Part shown: positions 49,021-59,204 of the stretch, piece by piece
Position numbering within the stretch: the first letter of the stretch is position 1
How the letters are laid out: every line of letters starts with the position of its first letter
Assembly: GCA_965248355.1 (NCBI GenBank)
Contig: OZ252098.1
Span: forward strand, 1,760,001 to 1,824,000
DNA from: Candidatus Latescibacterota bacterium
GTDB taxonomy: Bacteria > Latescibacterota > UBA2968 > UBA8231
Reading direction: 5' to 3'
Length of the DNA stretch: 64,000 nt
Notes under the pieces: generated by a model
Told to the model about the DNA's origin: nothing
Seen by the model: only the letters and a program-made list of their open reading frames with translations
Databases searched by the model: none
Made by a program: the position numbers and the translations under genes

Positions 49021-50531
49021 TGCGCGCCTTCCGGTCCGCCGCCCTCTTCCTCGCCCTCGCCACGGCCGCGGCGGCGGACGAGAGCAGCTGGTCGGCCGCT
49101 TCCCCTTTCGCCCAGCTGTCGCGCGACCCGACCTTGCTGCCCAAGGGAAAGGGGATGCTGTTCATCCCCACCATGACCCTGCCCATCGGCAACGAGCCCA
49201 AGTTCCAGGTCTTTCGGGACGGCCGGGAGGTGCGGTCCGCCTCCCCCGGCCGCGGGCTCCCCCTCGATCCCGGGCTGTACCAGGTCCGGTTCGGCTCCGG
49301 GAACCTCTCTCAGCTGATCCGCAAGAACGTGCCGATCTTCGAGGGCGAGACGACGATGCTGAAGCCGACCTGGTCGGCCCTCGTCATCGATGTCATCGAT
49401 CAGACCCGGACCTCGGTGAACGAGAGCTACGAGCTGTTCGACGAGAGCGGCGAGAGCCACGGGCCCGGCTTCGGCATCGAGGAGGAACGAGGGGAACGGG
49501 TACGCACCTGGATCCTGCGGCCCGGGGTGTACAGCGTCGTGCGTCTGGGCGACTCCTTCGCCACCATCGACAAGTTCAGCGTGCAACTGCTGCCGGGGAT
49601 CCCCACCCAGCGCAACCTCGTCTACAACAGCGAGGCCGGGGAATTCACCTCCTTCTACCAGCGTCCGCAGCTCCATGCCCTGGTCCCGCGCGCCACCTCC
49701 GCCGTCCTCTCCCAGACCGAGCTTTCCGGCTCCGTCCGCGTGAACACCTCGCAGAAGACGGTCGGCGACAATCTGACGAGCGCGAACCTCGCCCTGCAGC
49801 TCTTCAACCACACGCGCTACAACACGGATCGGCACTACGCCAGCCTCCGCGTCCTCATCGAACAGGGCGCCAGCTGGCAGGAGAGCCAGGAGCTGCAGAA
49901 GGGGGTCGATCGCGCCGAGAGCCGCGCCACTTACATCTACCGGCTCTCTCCCCGGATCGGTCCGTACCTGCGCGGCGTGATCCACTCGAACGTCTTCCCC
50001 TCGGAGACGCGCTTCCGGATGCCGCGCGACCTGATCCGGACGGCCAGCAACGGCCGCGTGGACACCCTCGAAGGGATCGCGCGTTTCACGACGGCCCCCT
50101 CGCTCTCGCCGATCACCTTCCGCGAGGGCATCGGCATCAACTCCCGGGTGTTCCGCTACTTCGCCCTCAACACCGACCTGCGTCTGGGCATCGGAGCGCT
50201 CCAGGAGTTGTACAAGGGCTTCTTCGACGTCAGGACGGACTCGGCGGCCACGAGGGCCATCGAGTTCAAGAGTTCCTCCACCACCGGCTTCGAAGCCCTC
50301 GTCATCCTGGACGCCCGTCTTTCGAGGTTGGTCAGCCTCGACTCCGAGTTCGACATCCTCATGAGCTCGCGGGACTCGAAGGAGTGGTTCTTCACCTGGG
50401 AGAACCGCTTGCGCATCGCCCTGACGAGCTTCATCAACCTCGACATCAACGCCAATCTCGAACGGACCCAGGGCCTGCGGCGGCTGGCCGCCCGCGAGCA
50501 GGTTCTGCTGCGCTTCTCCCGGTTCTTCTGA
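49020..50531 (+). CDS. Hypothetical exported protein, putative outer-membrane beta-barrel C-terminal half
   Basis: Signal peptide MRAFRSAALFLALATAAAA; amphipathic strands; ends EQVLLRFSRFF; start overlaps upstream stop. Confidence 0.65.
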   Translation: MRAFRSAALFLALATAAAADESSWSAASPFAQLSRDPTLLPKGKGMLFIPTMTLPIGNEPKFQVFRDGREVRSASPGRGLPLDPGLYQVRFGSGNLSQLIRKNVPIFEGETTMLKPTWSALVIDVIDQTRTSVNESYELFDESGESHGPGFGIEEERGERVRTWILRPGVYSVVRLGDSFATIDKFSVQLLPGIPTQRNLVYNSEAGEFTSFYQRPQLHALVPRATSAVLSQTELSGSVRVNTSQKTVGDNLTSANLALQLFNHTRYNTDRHYASLRVLIEQGASWQESQELQKGVDRAESRATYIYRLSPRIGPYLRGVIHSNVFPSETRFRMPRDLIRTASNGRVDTLEGIARFTTAPSLSPITFREGIGINSRVFRYFALNTDLRLGIGALQELYKGFFDVRTDSAATRAIEFKSSSTTGFEALVILDARLSRLVSLDSEFDILMSSRDSKEWFFTWENRLRIALTSFINLDINANLERTQGLRRLAAREQVLLRFSRFF

Positions 50532-50535
50532 CGAG

Positions 50536-51633
50536 GTGGACATCCAGCCCGATGCCGGCGGTCGCCTCCGCATCACCGGGGCGTGCACCGTGGACTCGGT
50601 GGCGGCGGGATCCCACCGGTTCCGGCTGCTCATCCGCGAGAGCCCGCAGGCCGAGCTGACCGCCGATCTGTCCGGGCTCACCCGCCTCGACACGGTGGGC
50701 GCCGTGTGGCTCCGGCGCCTGCCGGCCCTGGCGGCCGAGGACGGCCGTCGGCTGCGCCTGGGCGAGACCCCGGCCTCGATGCGGCCCCTGATCGCCAGCG
50801 TCGACAGGGACCCGGCGACGGCCGAGGGTGATGACTCGCGGGAGCGGACGGGATTCCTCGAGCGGGTCGGCGAAGGGGCCTTCCGCCATCTGCGGGCCTG
50901 CCTCGACTTCCTCTACCTGGCCTCCGACCTGACCTGGGCCGCGGGCACCGCCCTCTTCCGGCGCCGGGGGGTGCGGCGGGGCGACTTCGTCAGGCAGTCG
51001 GCCGTGATCGGCGCCGACGGTCTGCCCATCGTCGCCGTCATCCTCTTCCTGATCGGCGGCGTGTCGACCCTGCAGGCGGCGGTCCAGCTGCGCCGCTTCG
51101 GGGCCAACGTTCTGGTCGCCGATCTGCTGTCGATCGGCATCACCCGGGAGCTCGGACCGCTGATGACGGCGATCGTGATCGCCGGCCGCTCCGGGTCGGC
51201 CTTCGCCGCCGAGATCGCCTCGATGAAGTTCAACGAGGAGATCGACGCCCTGCGGACCATGGCCCTCGACCCGCTGCGGCTCGTGGCCGTGCCCAAGATG
51301 TGGGCCATGCTCCTCACCCTTCCCCTGCTGACGATCACGGCCGACTTCGTGGGTCTCGCGGGGGGCACGGTGACGGGCGTCTTCTCCCTCGACATCTCGG
51401 CCTCGGCCTTTGTCGGCCGCGTGCAGAGCGCGCTGTTGCTGAAGGACGTGCTCACCGGGCTGGTGAAGTCCCTTTCCTTCGCCTGGATCATCACCGTCGT
51501 CTCCGTGTACCGGGGCCTGCAGGCCCGGGGCGGGGCCGCCGGAGTCGGCGCGGCGACCACCTCCTCGGTGGTCTCGTCGATCTTCGCCATCATCGTCCTC
51601 GACCTGACCTGGGGCCTCGTCTTCTACCTGTGA
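50536..51633 (+). CDS. MlaE-family permease with N-terminal STAS domain
   Basis: DLSGLTRLDTVG (STAS); RELGPLMTAIVIAGRSGSAFAAEIASM..EEIDAL; GVGAATTSSVV. Confidence 0.92.
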   Translation: MDIQPDAGGRLRITGACTVDSVAAGSHRFRLLIRESPQAELTADLSGLTRLDTVGAVWLRRLPALAAEDGRRLRLGETPASMRPLIASVDRDPATAEGDDSRERTGFLERVGEGAFRHLRACLDFLYLASDLTWAAGTALFRRRGVRRGDFVRQSAVIGADGLPIVAVILFLIGGVSTLQAAVQLRRFGANVLVADLLSIGITRELGPLMTAIVIAGRSGSAFAAEIASMKFNEEIDALRTMALDPLRLVAVPKMWAMLLTLPLLTITADFVGLAGGTVTGVFSLDISASAFVGRVQSALLLKDVLTGLVKSLSFAWIITVVSVYRGLQARGGAAGVGAATTSSVVSSIFAIIVLDLTWGLVFYL

Positions 51634-52409
51634 CCGATCGTCCAACCACCCGGAACCACCCGGACGGCGAGGCCGTCGTCGAGGTCCGGGACCTGCAGGT
51701 GGCCTACGGTGAGGAGGCGGCACCGGTCCTCGACGGCGTCGACCTCGAGGTCCGCCGGGGCGACATGACCTGCATCGTCGGCGGCTCGGGGTGCGGGAAG
51801 AGCACGCTGCTGAAGACGGTGATCGGCCTCGTCTCCCCTCGTTCCGGCGACCTGAGCCTGCTGGGGGAGCCCCTTCACGAGCTGGCCGAGCCCGAACGCG
51901 ACGCCCTCCTGATGCGGGTGGGGGTGATGTTCCAGTACGGGGCCATGCTCGGCTCTCTGACGGTGGCGGACAACGTGGGCCTGCCCCTGCAGATGCACAC
52001 CGACCTGGAGCCGGATCTGATCGACGACATCATCGATACCCGTCTGCAGCTCGTCGGCCTGGCCGGGAGCGGGGACAAGCTGCCCAGCGAGCTGTCGGGC
52101 GGCATGCGCAAGCGCGCCGCCCTGGCCAGGGCCATGGCCCTGGAGCCGGAGGTCCTGTTCTGTGACGAGCCGGGCGCCGGCCTGGACCCGGTGACCGCCG
52201 CCGGCATCGACCACCTCCTTCTGTCCGTGAACCAGGGGCAGGGAACGACGGTCGTCGTCGTCACCCACGAGTTGCTGAGCATCGAGCGGCTCGACGGCAA
52301 TCTCGTCATGCTCGACTCGGGGCAGGTGGTCTTCGACGGCACGGTGCGCGCCGCCCGGGAGCAGGACCGCGAGGACCTGCGGCGGTTCTTCAACCCGTCG
52401 CAGGCATGA
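51630..52409 (+). CDS. MlaF-family ABC ATPase
   Basis: GGSGCGKS, FQYGAML, PSELSGGMRKRAALARA, DEPGAGLDP. Confidence 0.92.
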   Translation: MTDRPTTRNHPDGEAVVEVRDLQVAYGEEAAPVLDGVDLEVRRGDMTCIVGGSGCGKSTLLKTVIGLVSPRSGDLSLLGEPLHELAEPERDALLMRVGVMFQYGAMLGSLTVADNVGLPLQMHTDLEPDLIDDIIDTRLQLVGLAGSGDKLPSELSGGMRKRAALARAMALEPEVLFCDEPGAGLDPVTAAGIDHLLLSVNQGQGTTVVVVTHELLSIERLDGNLVMLDSGQVVFDGTVRAAREQDREDLRRFFNPSQA

Positions 52410-52882
52410 AGATCTGCCTCATCGCCGCGGTCTCGCCCGATCTGGTGATCGGCCGCGAGGGCGGTCTGCCCTGGCATTATCCGGCGGACATGCGGCACTT
52501 CATGCGCACCACCTTCGGCCATCCCTGTCTCATGGGGAGGCGAACCTACGAGTCCATGCCGCGGAGGCCGCTTCCCGGACGCCCCAACCTGGTGCTGACC
52601 CGCAACCCCGACTTCGCCGCCGCCGCGGGGATGCAGCCCTTCCACGATCTGGAGGCCGCCCTCGACCACTGCCGCCAGGCCGGCCGGTCCCGGGTCTACG
52701 TGTGCGGAGGGGCGAGCGTCTACGCCGAGGCCCTGCCGCTGGCCCGGGAGATGATCCTGACCCACGTGCCGGATCGAGTCGAGGGAGACACCCGCTTCCC
52801 GGAATGGCCGGACCGGGAGTGGACGGTCACAGGGGAGAGCCGCGAGGGGCCGCTGCGTTTCGTCACCTACCGGCGCAGGTGA
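52406..52882 (+). CDS. folA: Dihydrofolate reductase
   Basis: IG..GGLPWHYPAD, MGRRTYES, RPLPGR, GGASVY, GDTRFP. Confidence 0.94.
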   Translation: MKICLIAAVSPDLVIGREGGLPWHYPADMRHFMRTTFGHPCLMGRRTYESMPRRPLPGRPNLVLTRNPDFAAAAGMQPFHDLEAALDHCRQAGRSRVYVCGGASVYAEALPLAREMILTHVPDRVEGDTRFPEWPDREWTVTGESREGPLRFVTYRRR

Positions 52883-52910
52883 GGGCCGGGGCCCGCGGCC
52901 CCCTCTCCGC

Positions 52911-54044
52911 TCAGAACACGGACAGCTCCCGCAACCGGGCCACGATTCCCGGCAGGAGCTCGAGCACGCGGTCGATCTCGGCCTCGTCGTTGCCCCATCC
53001 CAGGCTGAAGCGCAGCGCCCCGGCGGCCAGTCGCGGCTCCACGCCCATGGCGAGCAGGACGTGGGACGGATCCGCCGCCCCCTCGGCGCACGCCGACCCG
53101 CTCGAGGCGCAGATCCCCTCCAGGTCGAGGCCGACCAGAACCGCCTCGGCCTCGACGCCGCGGAAGGAGAGGTTGAGGGTGTTGCTCAACCGGTGCGCAG
53201 GGTCTCCGTGGACGGCGACCTCCTCGACGCGCTCCCGCAGACCCGCCTCCAGTCGGTCCCGCAAGCACGCCTCGCGCCGCCCCTGATCGACCATCTCCGC
53301 CCGCCGGATCCCGGCGGCGGCGCCGAACCCGACGATGGCCGCCACGTTCTCGGTGCCGGCGCGCAGCCCGTGCTCGTGGCCTCCTCCGACCTGCCAGGGC
53401 TCCAGGGCCGTGCCCCGGCGCACGTACAGGGCGCCCGCCCCCTTGGGACCGTTGATCTTGTGTGCTGAGAGAGAGACCAGGTCGGCGTTCAGGTCATCGA
53501 CCCGGGTGGGGATCTTGCCGAAGGCCTGCACGGCGTCCACGTGGAAGGGCACGCCGCGGTCGCGCAGGACGGCGCCGATCTCGGAGACCGGCTGGATCGT
53601 CCCGGTCTCGTTGTTGGCCAGGATGAGGGAGACGATCGCCGCGCCCTCGGCCGCGGCGAGAACCCGTTCCGGATCGACCCGGCCCGCTTCGTCCACCGGG
53701 AGGAGGACGACCTCGCGGCCGGCCCGGGCCAGCTCCCCGGCTGCGTGGAGGACGGCGTGGTGCTCGACGGCGGAGACGACGACACGGCCGCTGGAGAGCG
53801 CCGCCGTGCCTCGGAGGGCCCAGTTGTCGGCCTCCGTTCCGCCGCTGGTGAAGTGGACCTCCTCCGGATCGCAGCCGAGCAGTCCGGCGATCTGACAGCG
53901 TCCGCCCTCGACGGCCTCCCGCGCCCTCCGTCCGGGCCCGTGCCGGCTTGAGGGATTGCCGAACTCCCCCGTGAGGTACGGCCACATGGCCTCCCGGACC
54001 TCTGGCCGCACCGGGGTCGTGGCATTGTGGTCGAGGTAGATCAC
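52911..54044 (-). CDS. Second cysteine desulfurase (IscS/NifS family)
   Basis: YLDHNATTP, FTSGGTEA, SAHKINGPKG, SSGSAC. Confidence 0.92.
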   Translation of the reverse strand: MIYLDHNATTPVRPEVREAMWPYLTGEFGNPSSRHGPGRRAREAVEGGRCQIAGLLGCDPEEVHFTSGGTEADNWALRGTAALSSGRVVVSAVEHHAVLHAAGELARAGREVVLLPVDEAGRVDPERVLAAAEGAAIVSLILANNETGTIQPVSEIGAVLRDRGVPFHVDAVQAFGKIPTRVDDLNADLVSLSAHKINGPKGAGALYVRRGTALEPWQVGGGHEHGLRAGTENVAAIVGFGAAAGIRRAEMVDQGRREACLRDRLEAGLRERVEEVAVHGDPAHRLSNTLNLSFRGVEAEAVLVGLDLEGICASSGSACAEGAADPSHVLLAMGVEPRLAAGALRFSLGWGNDEAEIDRVLELLPGIVARLRELSVF

Positions 54045-55186
54045 CGGTAACGGACCAGGGCGCTGTAGGCGCGGGCGATGAAGGTGCCCCGCAGGCGCTC
54101 GCCGCGGCTGTCGAAGGTGGTGCCGTCCTCGTACACGAAGCGCTCCTCCTCGCCGGGTTCCACGCCGTCGGCGCCGCGGCTGACCACGACGGAGTCGGCG
54201 GCGCTCACGGTGTGCTGCAGCAGGCGGGCGACGGCGGCGTCCACCAGGTCGAGGCCGCGGAACCGCTCCAGCCGCCCCTCGGACTGCAGCTGGTCAAGCT
54301 CCTCCCAGAGGGAGCTCCGGTCCTCCTCGATGCGCGGCGCCGCCAGGAAATAGAGGGTGTAGACCCGGTCGTCCTCGGAGAGGGCCTGCCAGCTGTTCTC
54401 GCCTGGGGCGTAGTACCATCTTCCCCCGTAGGTCGTCTCGTCCACCAGGGTCTGCCTCGAGCCGTCGGAGTTCAGCAGGAAGGCGAAGACCTCGCAGTCC
54501 CTCCGGGCCCGGTAGCGCAGCTGGATCCGGTCCGCCACGGCCAGTCTCCCCCCCTCCTCGAAGTCGATCCTCTCCGGGAACCCCCCCTCGTCCCGCCGCA
54601 CCAGGAGGTGCAGGTCGATCTCCAGCGGTCTCGTCACCTCGGCGGCGACGCCGGTCTGTCGGCGCTGGCGATCGCGGATCAGGCGCGCCAGCTCGACCTC
54701 GGAGATTCGCGTCCCGTGGTCCTGGCGCACTCGGCCGGTAAGTGGATCTGCGAGGACCAGGCGCAGATAGGCCCAGGACCCCTCGATGCGCAGCTGGCCG
54801 CCGGCCACCAGGTCTCCGGGCAGCTCTCTCCAGTCGTCGGGCAGGGACGACTCGCCGGCCCAGTCGAGGTCCTCCGCCAGAGCCGAGCCGGCGATGCCGG
54901 CGTCGGGCTGGGCCACCACTCCGGCGCGCATCGCAGCCGACAGCAGCACCTCGTCGAGAGCCTCGGTCTCGGCGGAGGTGGTCCCGTCGGCGTGCCGGAA
55001 ACCGGCGATGGTGACCGTGCGGCCCTGGTGGGGCCACTCGGAGAGGAGCCTCTCGAGGGAGGCCTCCGCACCCTCTCCCCGGGACCCGTTCCATCCCGGG
55101 AGCCCGCAGCCGAGGGACAGGACCGACGCCGAGAGCACCAGCCGCCCGGCGCGCCGCCAGATCTCCCCGGCCCTTGCCGATCTCAC
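54041..55186 (-). CDS. Hypothetical lipoprotein (possible DUF4384-like C-terminal domain)
   Basis: Lipobox-like SLGC; DRIQLRYRARRDCEVFAFLLNSDG. Confidence 0.6.
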   Translation of the reverse strand: MRSARAGEIWRRAGRLVLSASVLSLGCGLPGWNGSRGEGAEASLERLLSEWPHQGRTVTIAGFRHADGTTSAETEALDEVLLSAAMRAGVVAQPDAGIAGSALAEDLDWAGESSLPDDWRELPGDLVAGGQLRIEGSWAYLRLVLADPLTGRVRQDHGTRISEVELARLIRDRQRRQTGVAAEVTRPLEIDLHLLVRRDEGGFPERIDFEEGGRLAVADRIQLRYRARRDCEVFAFLLNSDGSRQTLVDETTYGGRWYYAPGENSWQALSEDDRVYTLYFLAAPRIEEDRSSLWEELDQLQSEGRLERFRGLDLVDAAVARLLQHTVSAADSVVVSRGADGVEPGEEERFVYEDGTTFDSRGERLRGTFIARAYSALVRYR

Positions 55187-55191
55187 CGGCG

Positions 55192-56949
55192 CTACCCTGC
55201 CCCTTCAAGGCGCCGCAAGACGGGCAGGAACCGCCCTGCGGCGACCCCTTCCCAGCTCATCTCGGAGGCCGCCTCGTGCCCGGTCTCGAGCAGCCTCGCC
55301 CGTTCGTCCTCGGAGGCGGGCAGCGCCTCGGACAGGGCCGCCGCCACCGCGGCGCTGCAGGCGCGCTCCCCGGCCTCCAGAACGCCGGCGTCCAGGGAGC
55401 GGAAGGCCGACGCCTCTTCGTCTCCGAGGCCGTCCCCGGCCCAGCGGGTGTAGTCGCCGCACACGTGGGTGACCGGCCTCCCGGGGACGGCCACCTGGCG
55501 CAGGAAGCCGACACAGCCGCAGGCATCGCTGACCACGCTCAATCCGCCGAAGGCGAGAGCCTCGACCTGGGCGATACCGAAGGGCTCGTAGGTCGACAGC
55601 CCGAACTCGGCGTCGCTGCCCCGCCGCAGGTCCTCGAGGCCCGTTCCCCGGGGCACGGCGCCCCCCGTGCTGCCGGCGTCAAAACCGAACTGGTTGAAGA
55701 ACACCACCTTCGTCCGGCGGCTGCGGGCGTTGTGGGCGCGCATCTGCAGGTCGAGGTGCAACTCCTCAGGAGTCAGGTCGGGATACCCCTCGCGATGCGC
55801 GAGGGGCCATCCGTACTCGGCGCGCATGGCCGCCACGCTCGCCGGCGGACGGGGCTCCGCCCCGCTGGCCAGCACGATCAGCACCCAGGAGCCCGCCGAC
55901 GGCGCAGCGAGCGCCTCGAGTCCTTCCAGAACCTGCAGGTCCCGCCAGAACCCCTTGCTCGGCACGAGCCGGCCCACGTGGGTGAAGACCCCTTGCGGGC
56001 GCCAGCCCAGCAGGCCCTCGGCGAGCCCCGCGAGCCCTTCCCGGGCCCGCCGCCGGTCCGCGGCGCTCAGGGCCGGTGCGGGAGGCAGGCCGTTGTAGAC
56101 CCTGTCGATCTCGATCCTCGAGAACTCCCTGCCGAGGAAGCGCAGCTCCTCGACGACGAGATCGCCCACGGCGAGCACGGCGTGGCACCGCCACGCCCGG
56201 GAGACCAGGGCGTGCTTGAAGAAGTCGTCCTGAGGACCGAAGACGTCCTCCACGAAGCGCCCGGACCGGACCGCCGCGCGCAGGGCGCGGTAGAAGCGAA
56301 CGTCGCCGCCACGGTCCTGCTCGACGAGGCGCCGGGCGGTGGCCACCTCGTGGGCGTAGAACAGGGTGAACACGCCGGGATCGCCGGCCAGGCGCGCCTT
56401 GAGGGCCGTGGGCAGTCCCATGAACTCGTGGGCGAGCACGTGCACCGGCCGGCCGCGTCGGTCGCCGAGCAGGGCGAGGACGGCCTCGTACGCGGGTTCG
56501 GCGAGGCGCACGTACCGCTCGTACTCCCAGTCGCCCTCGTAGCGGTCGGAGGAGAGTCCGTAGACCTTGTAGAGCTGATGCTTGAAGTGGTCCAGCCCCT
56601 TCGGAACGCCGCTCTCCAGGTCGACGAGGAGGACCTCCGGTTCCACCTCGGCCCCGTCGGGGCACCGGAGTCGCCTCCGGCCGTAGAGGAGGCGGACGCC
56701 GCAGCGAGCCTCCACCTCCGCGAGCGCCTCCCCCGCCGTACCGGACCGCAGGCCCTTCCGGTTGTCGTGCAGGAGAGTGCCCTGCGGTCCCAGGGCCTCG
56801 CTGCCGGGGCGTTTCAGGAGCGGGCCGACAAGGATCGTCCGCCGAACCGCCCGCCGGTAGGATGGGGCCGTGATCAATCCGTTGAGGACGGCGCCGATGC
56901 CGCCGACCTTGTGGACCGCCTCGTGGGTGACGTGGACGATGGTGGTCAC
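55192..56949 (-). CDS. GT-B glycosyltransferase, GT3 glycogen-synthase-like
   Basis: HEAVHKVGGIGAV, AHEFM, YNGL, VGR...KG, STYEPFGIAQVE. Confidence 0.7.
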   Translation of the reverse strand: MTTIVHVTHEAVHKVGGIGAVLNGLITAPSYRRAVRRTILVGPLLKRPGSEALGPQGTLLHDNRKGLRSGTAGEALAEVEARCGVRLLYGRRRLRCPDGAEVEPEVLLVDLESGVPKGLDHFKHQLYKVYGLSSDRYEGDWEYERYVRLAEPAYEAVLALLGDRRGRPVHVLAHEFMGLPTALKARLAGDPGVFTLFYAHEVATARRLVEQDRGGDVRFYRALRAAVRSGRFVEDVFGPQDDFFKHALVSRAWRCHAVLAVGDLVVEELRFLGREFSRIEIDRVYNGLPPAPALSAADRRRAREGLAGLAEGLLGWRPQGVFTHVGRLVPSKGFWRDLQVLEGLEALAAPSAGSWVLIVLASGAEPRPPASVAAMRAEYGWPLAHREGYPDLTPEELHLDLQMRAHNARSRRTKVVFFNQFGFDAGSTGGAVPRGTGLEDLRRGSDAEFGLSTYEPFGIAQVEALAFGGLSVVSDACGCVGFLRQVAVPGRPVTHVCGDYTRWAGDGLGDEEASAFRSLDAGVLEAGERACSAAVAAALSEALPASEDERARLLETGHEAASEMSWEGVAAGRFLPVLRRLEGAG

Positions 56950-59111
56950 GATCCCACGTAGAAGGGACTCGACCAGGCTCGGGACCCGTCGATCTGGGTC
57001 ACCCGGACATAGTACGGATGAGGGCCGCCGGTGGCGGGCACGGCCTCCGCATATTCGAAGCGGCAACTCCGGCCGCGGCCCACAGGCGCCCGCTCTACCC
57101 GGACCTGGAGACCCTCCCCCCCGGCGTCGTGCACCCAGGGCGCGTGAACGACCTCCTCCAGACCAACCTCGAAGGCGGCGATCTCCGACTCGAAGCGGAG
57201 CCTGGCCCCGGGTCCGGCGTCGAGGTCGAGGAGGACGCCGTCGTCGTCGCCGGAGGTGACCGAGCGCCAGGCCACGCGATTGCAGGTCCGCTCGACGATG
57301 CCCTCGGACGCGCTGTCGAAGGCGTGGCCCGCGGCCGAGAGGATCCTGCCTCCGGAAAGGGTCAGGGATCCGTCCCAGCGCGCCATGCGGTCACGGCCCC
57401 GGATCCTGGCGCCGCTCCAGACGACGCGGAGCCGATCCGGATCCCGCTCGACACTCTCGGGATGGCGGTAGACGCATTCCTTGCCGCACATCACGCGCAC
57501 CTCCTCGATGGCCGCGGTGCCGGTGACCGAGACGGACAGCCGGATGCGGTCGGCGTCGAAGGCCTCTCCCATCCAGCGGGCCCCGTCCTGGGCCCGCACG
57601 TCCAGGTCGATGCGCTGGCCGGTGGTGGCGTAGCAGCGCCGGGCCTTGAGCGCCTCCCAGACGCCCTTCCTAGTCAGCTCGGAGGCCAGCACGCAGGTGA
57701 GCCCGCCGTAGACGCCGAAGGAGGCGGCGCCCGGATAACTGGCCCCCGGACGGCCCTTGTGGTCGTCGCTGCCGGCGACGAACCCCACCTGGCAGCCGCG
57801 CTCCAGGGCCTCCTCCAGGAGCCACTCGAACTGGCCCCAGGCCGAGTAGATCTCGATCACGGGCTCCAGCTCGGGATCGTGGTATCTCAGGTTGGCGGGC
57901 CGGCCGCCGATGTGGGGCACGATCAGGGCCGGCCCCCCCCTGCGCAGTTCTGAGAACAGCTCCTCCACCGGATAGCGATCGCTGTCGAGGTCGTCGCGCT
58001 CGTCCACCTGCCAGTGGCTGGTGCGGTGGATGGGGCGGCCGTCGTCGAGGTAGTAGACGTTGCGGTCGCCCCCCGCGGGCGTCGTGGCCGACCATTCGTA
58101 CCCGGGAAAGACGACGAACCGGCCCGGGTCGTCGAATTCGCGGGCGCCACGGCCGATGCGGTCCCAGAAGGCCGGGGTGATCTGGAAGTCGTTCCCCTGG
58201 TGGCCGGCGAAGTCGAGGAGGGCCACGTCCCGGGCGAAGGCGAGGTAGTCCTCGAGGCTGTTGGTGCCCACGGTCTCCTCGCTCTGTCCGTGCAGGTCCC
58301 CCCAGTACGGCGCGAATGGTTCCCGGCCGTCGACGCAGACCACGGGGTTGCTCTCCGCCTGCAGGGAACCGCTGCGAGCGACCACCCGGCAGGTGCCCGC
58401 GGCTTCCGCAGTGACCCCCGGGATCCGCCGGACACCTCCTTCCCGCCCGGTAAACACCACCTCTTCAGGGACTCCCTCCAGGCCGTCCGGACCTTCGAGG
58501 GCCACCCGCGCCTGGTGGCCGCGGGCGGGATTCCCCCACTCGTCCTCGACCTTTGCGCCGAGGGCGAAGGACTCGCCGCGGACCACGCGGGTCGGCGCGA
58601 TCACGACCAGCCTCGCCGCCGAAGCCGGCACGATCTCGACCACGGGCTGGTCCTCGATCTCGATGAATCGCCCGGTGCCGAAGGGGTCGACACAGACCTT
58701 GAACTCGAAGGTCCTCTCGAGGAAGGTCTGGGCCACCGTCCCCGGCGAGCCCCCGGAGCGGTCCCCGTACACGACCGTGATCCTGTCCCCCTTGGACAGG
58801 GCCCACTCGGAGACGTCGATGACCAGGCACTTCTGCCAGGGACGGATGTAGCCCTTCGGATCCCAGCGGTGGGAGATCCGTCCGGGCCCCTCCGTGGTGA
58901 CCGTGCAGTAGTCGAGGGCCGCGGGATCCTCGGACTGGGGCCGGCCCCAGTCCGAGGCGAATCGCCAGGCGATCTTGAGGGTTCCGCCGTCGTCGATCCC
59001 GTACTCGCCGACGTGGTAGGTGAGGGTGTAGGTCCCCACGCTGCCCGCCACCACGGGTCCCGGCGGCTCCAGCTCCGCCCAGCCCATGTACCGGCCTGTC
59101 CTTCTCGTCAT
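56946..59111 (-). CDS. DUF3604-like PHP-fold protein
   Basis: WGDLHGQS, GHQGND, PGYEWS, PHIGG, GSDDHKGRPG, RRCYATTG, AWSSP; C-terminal part of ORF 56946..61562. Confidence 0.78.
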   Translation of the reverse strand: MTRRTGRYMGWAELEPPGPVVAGSVGTYTLTYHVGEYGIDDGGTLKIAWRFASDWGRPQSEDPAALDYCTVTTEGPGRISHRWDPKGYIRPWQKCLVIDVSEWALSKGDRITVVYGDRSGGSPGTVAQTFLERTFEFKVCVDPFGTGRFIEIEDQPVVEIVPASAARLVVIAPTRVVRGESFALGAKVEDEWGNPARGHQARVALEGPDGLEGVPEEVVFTGREGGVRRIPGVTAEAAGTCRVVARSGSLQAESNPVVCVDGREPFAPYWGDLHGQSEETVGTNSLEDYLAFARDVALLDFAGHQGNDFQITPAFWDRIGRGAREFDDPGRFVVFPGYEWSATTPAGGDRNVYYLDDGRPIHRTSHWQVDERDDLDSDRYPVEELFSELRRGGPALIVPHIGGRPANLRYHDPELEPVIEIYSAWGQFEWLLEEALERGCQVGFVAGSDDHKGRPGASYPGAASFGVYGGLTCVLASELTRKGVWEALKARRCYATTGQRIDLDVRAQDGARWMGEAFDADRIRLSVSVTGTAAIEEVRVMCGKECVYRHPESVERDPDRLRVVWSGARIRGRDRMARWDGSLTLSGGRILSAAGHAFDSASEGIVERTCNRVAWRSVTSGDDDGVLLDLDAGPGARLRFESEIAAFEVGLEEVVHAPWVHDAGGEGLQVRVERAPVGRGRSCRFEYAEAVPATGGPHPYYVRVTQIDGSRAWSSPFYVGS

Positions 59112-59204
59112 GTCCATCCCGGAGGGTGTGCCGACTAATGTAAGAAGCCGCTCCGTTTCCGTGTCGCGCCGACCTCTTTGCCGGTCATGTCCGTTCTTGG
59201 TATC

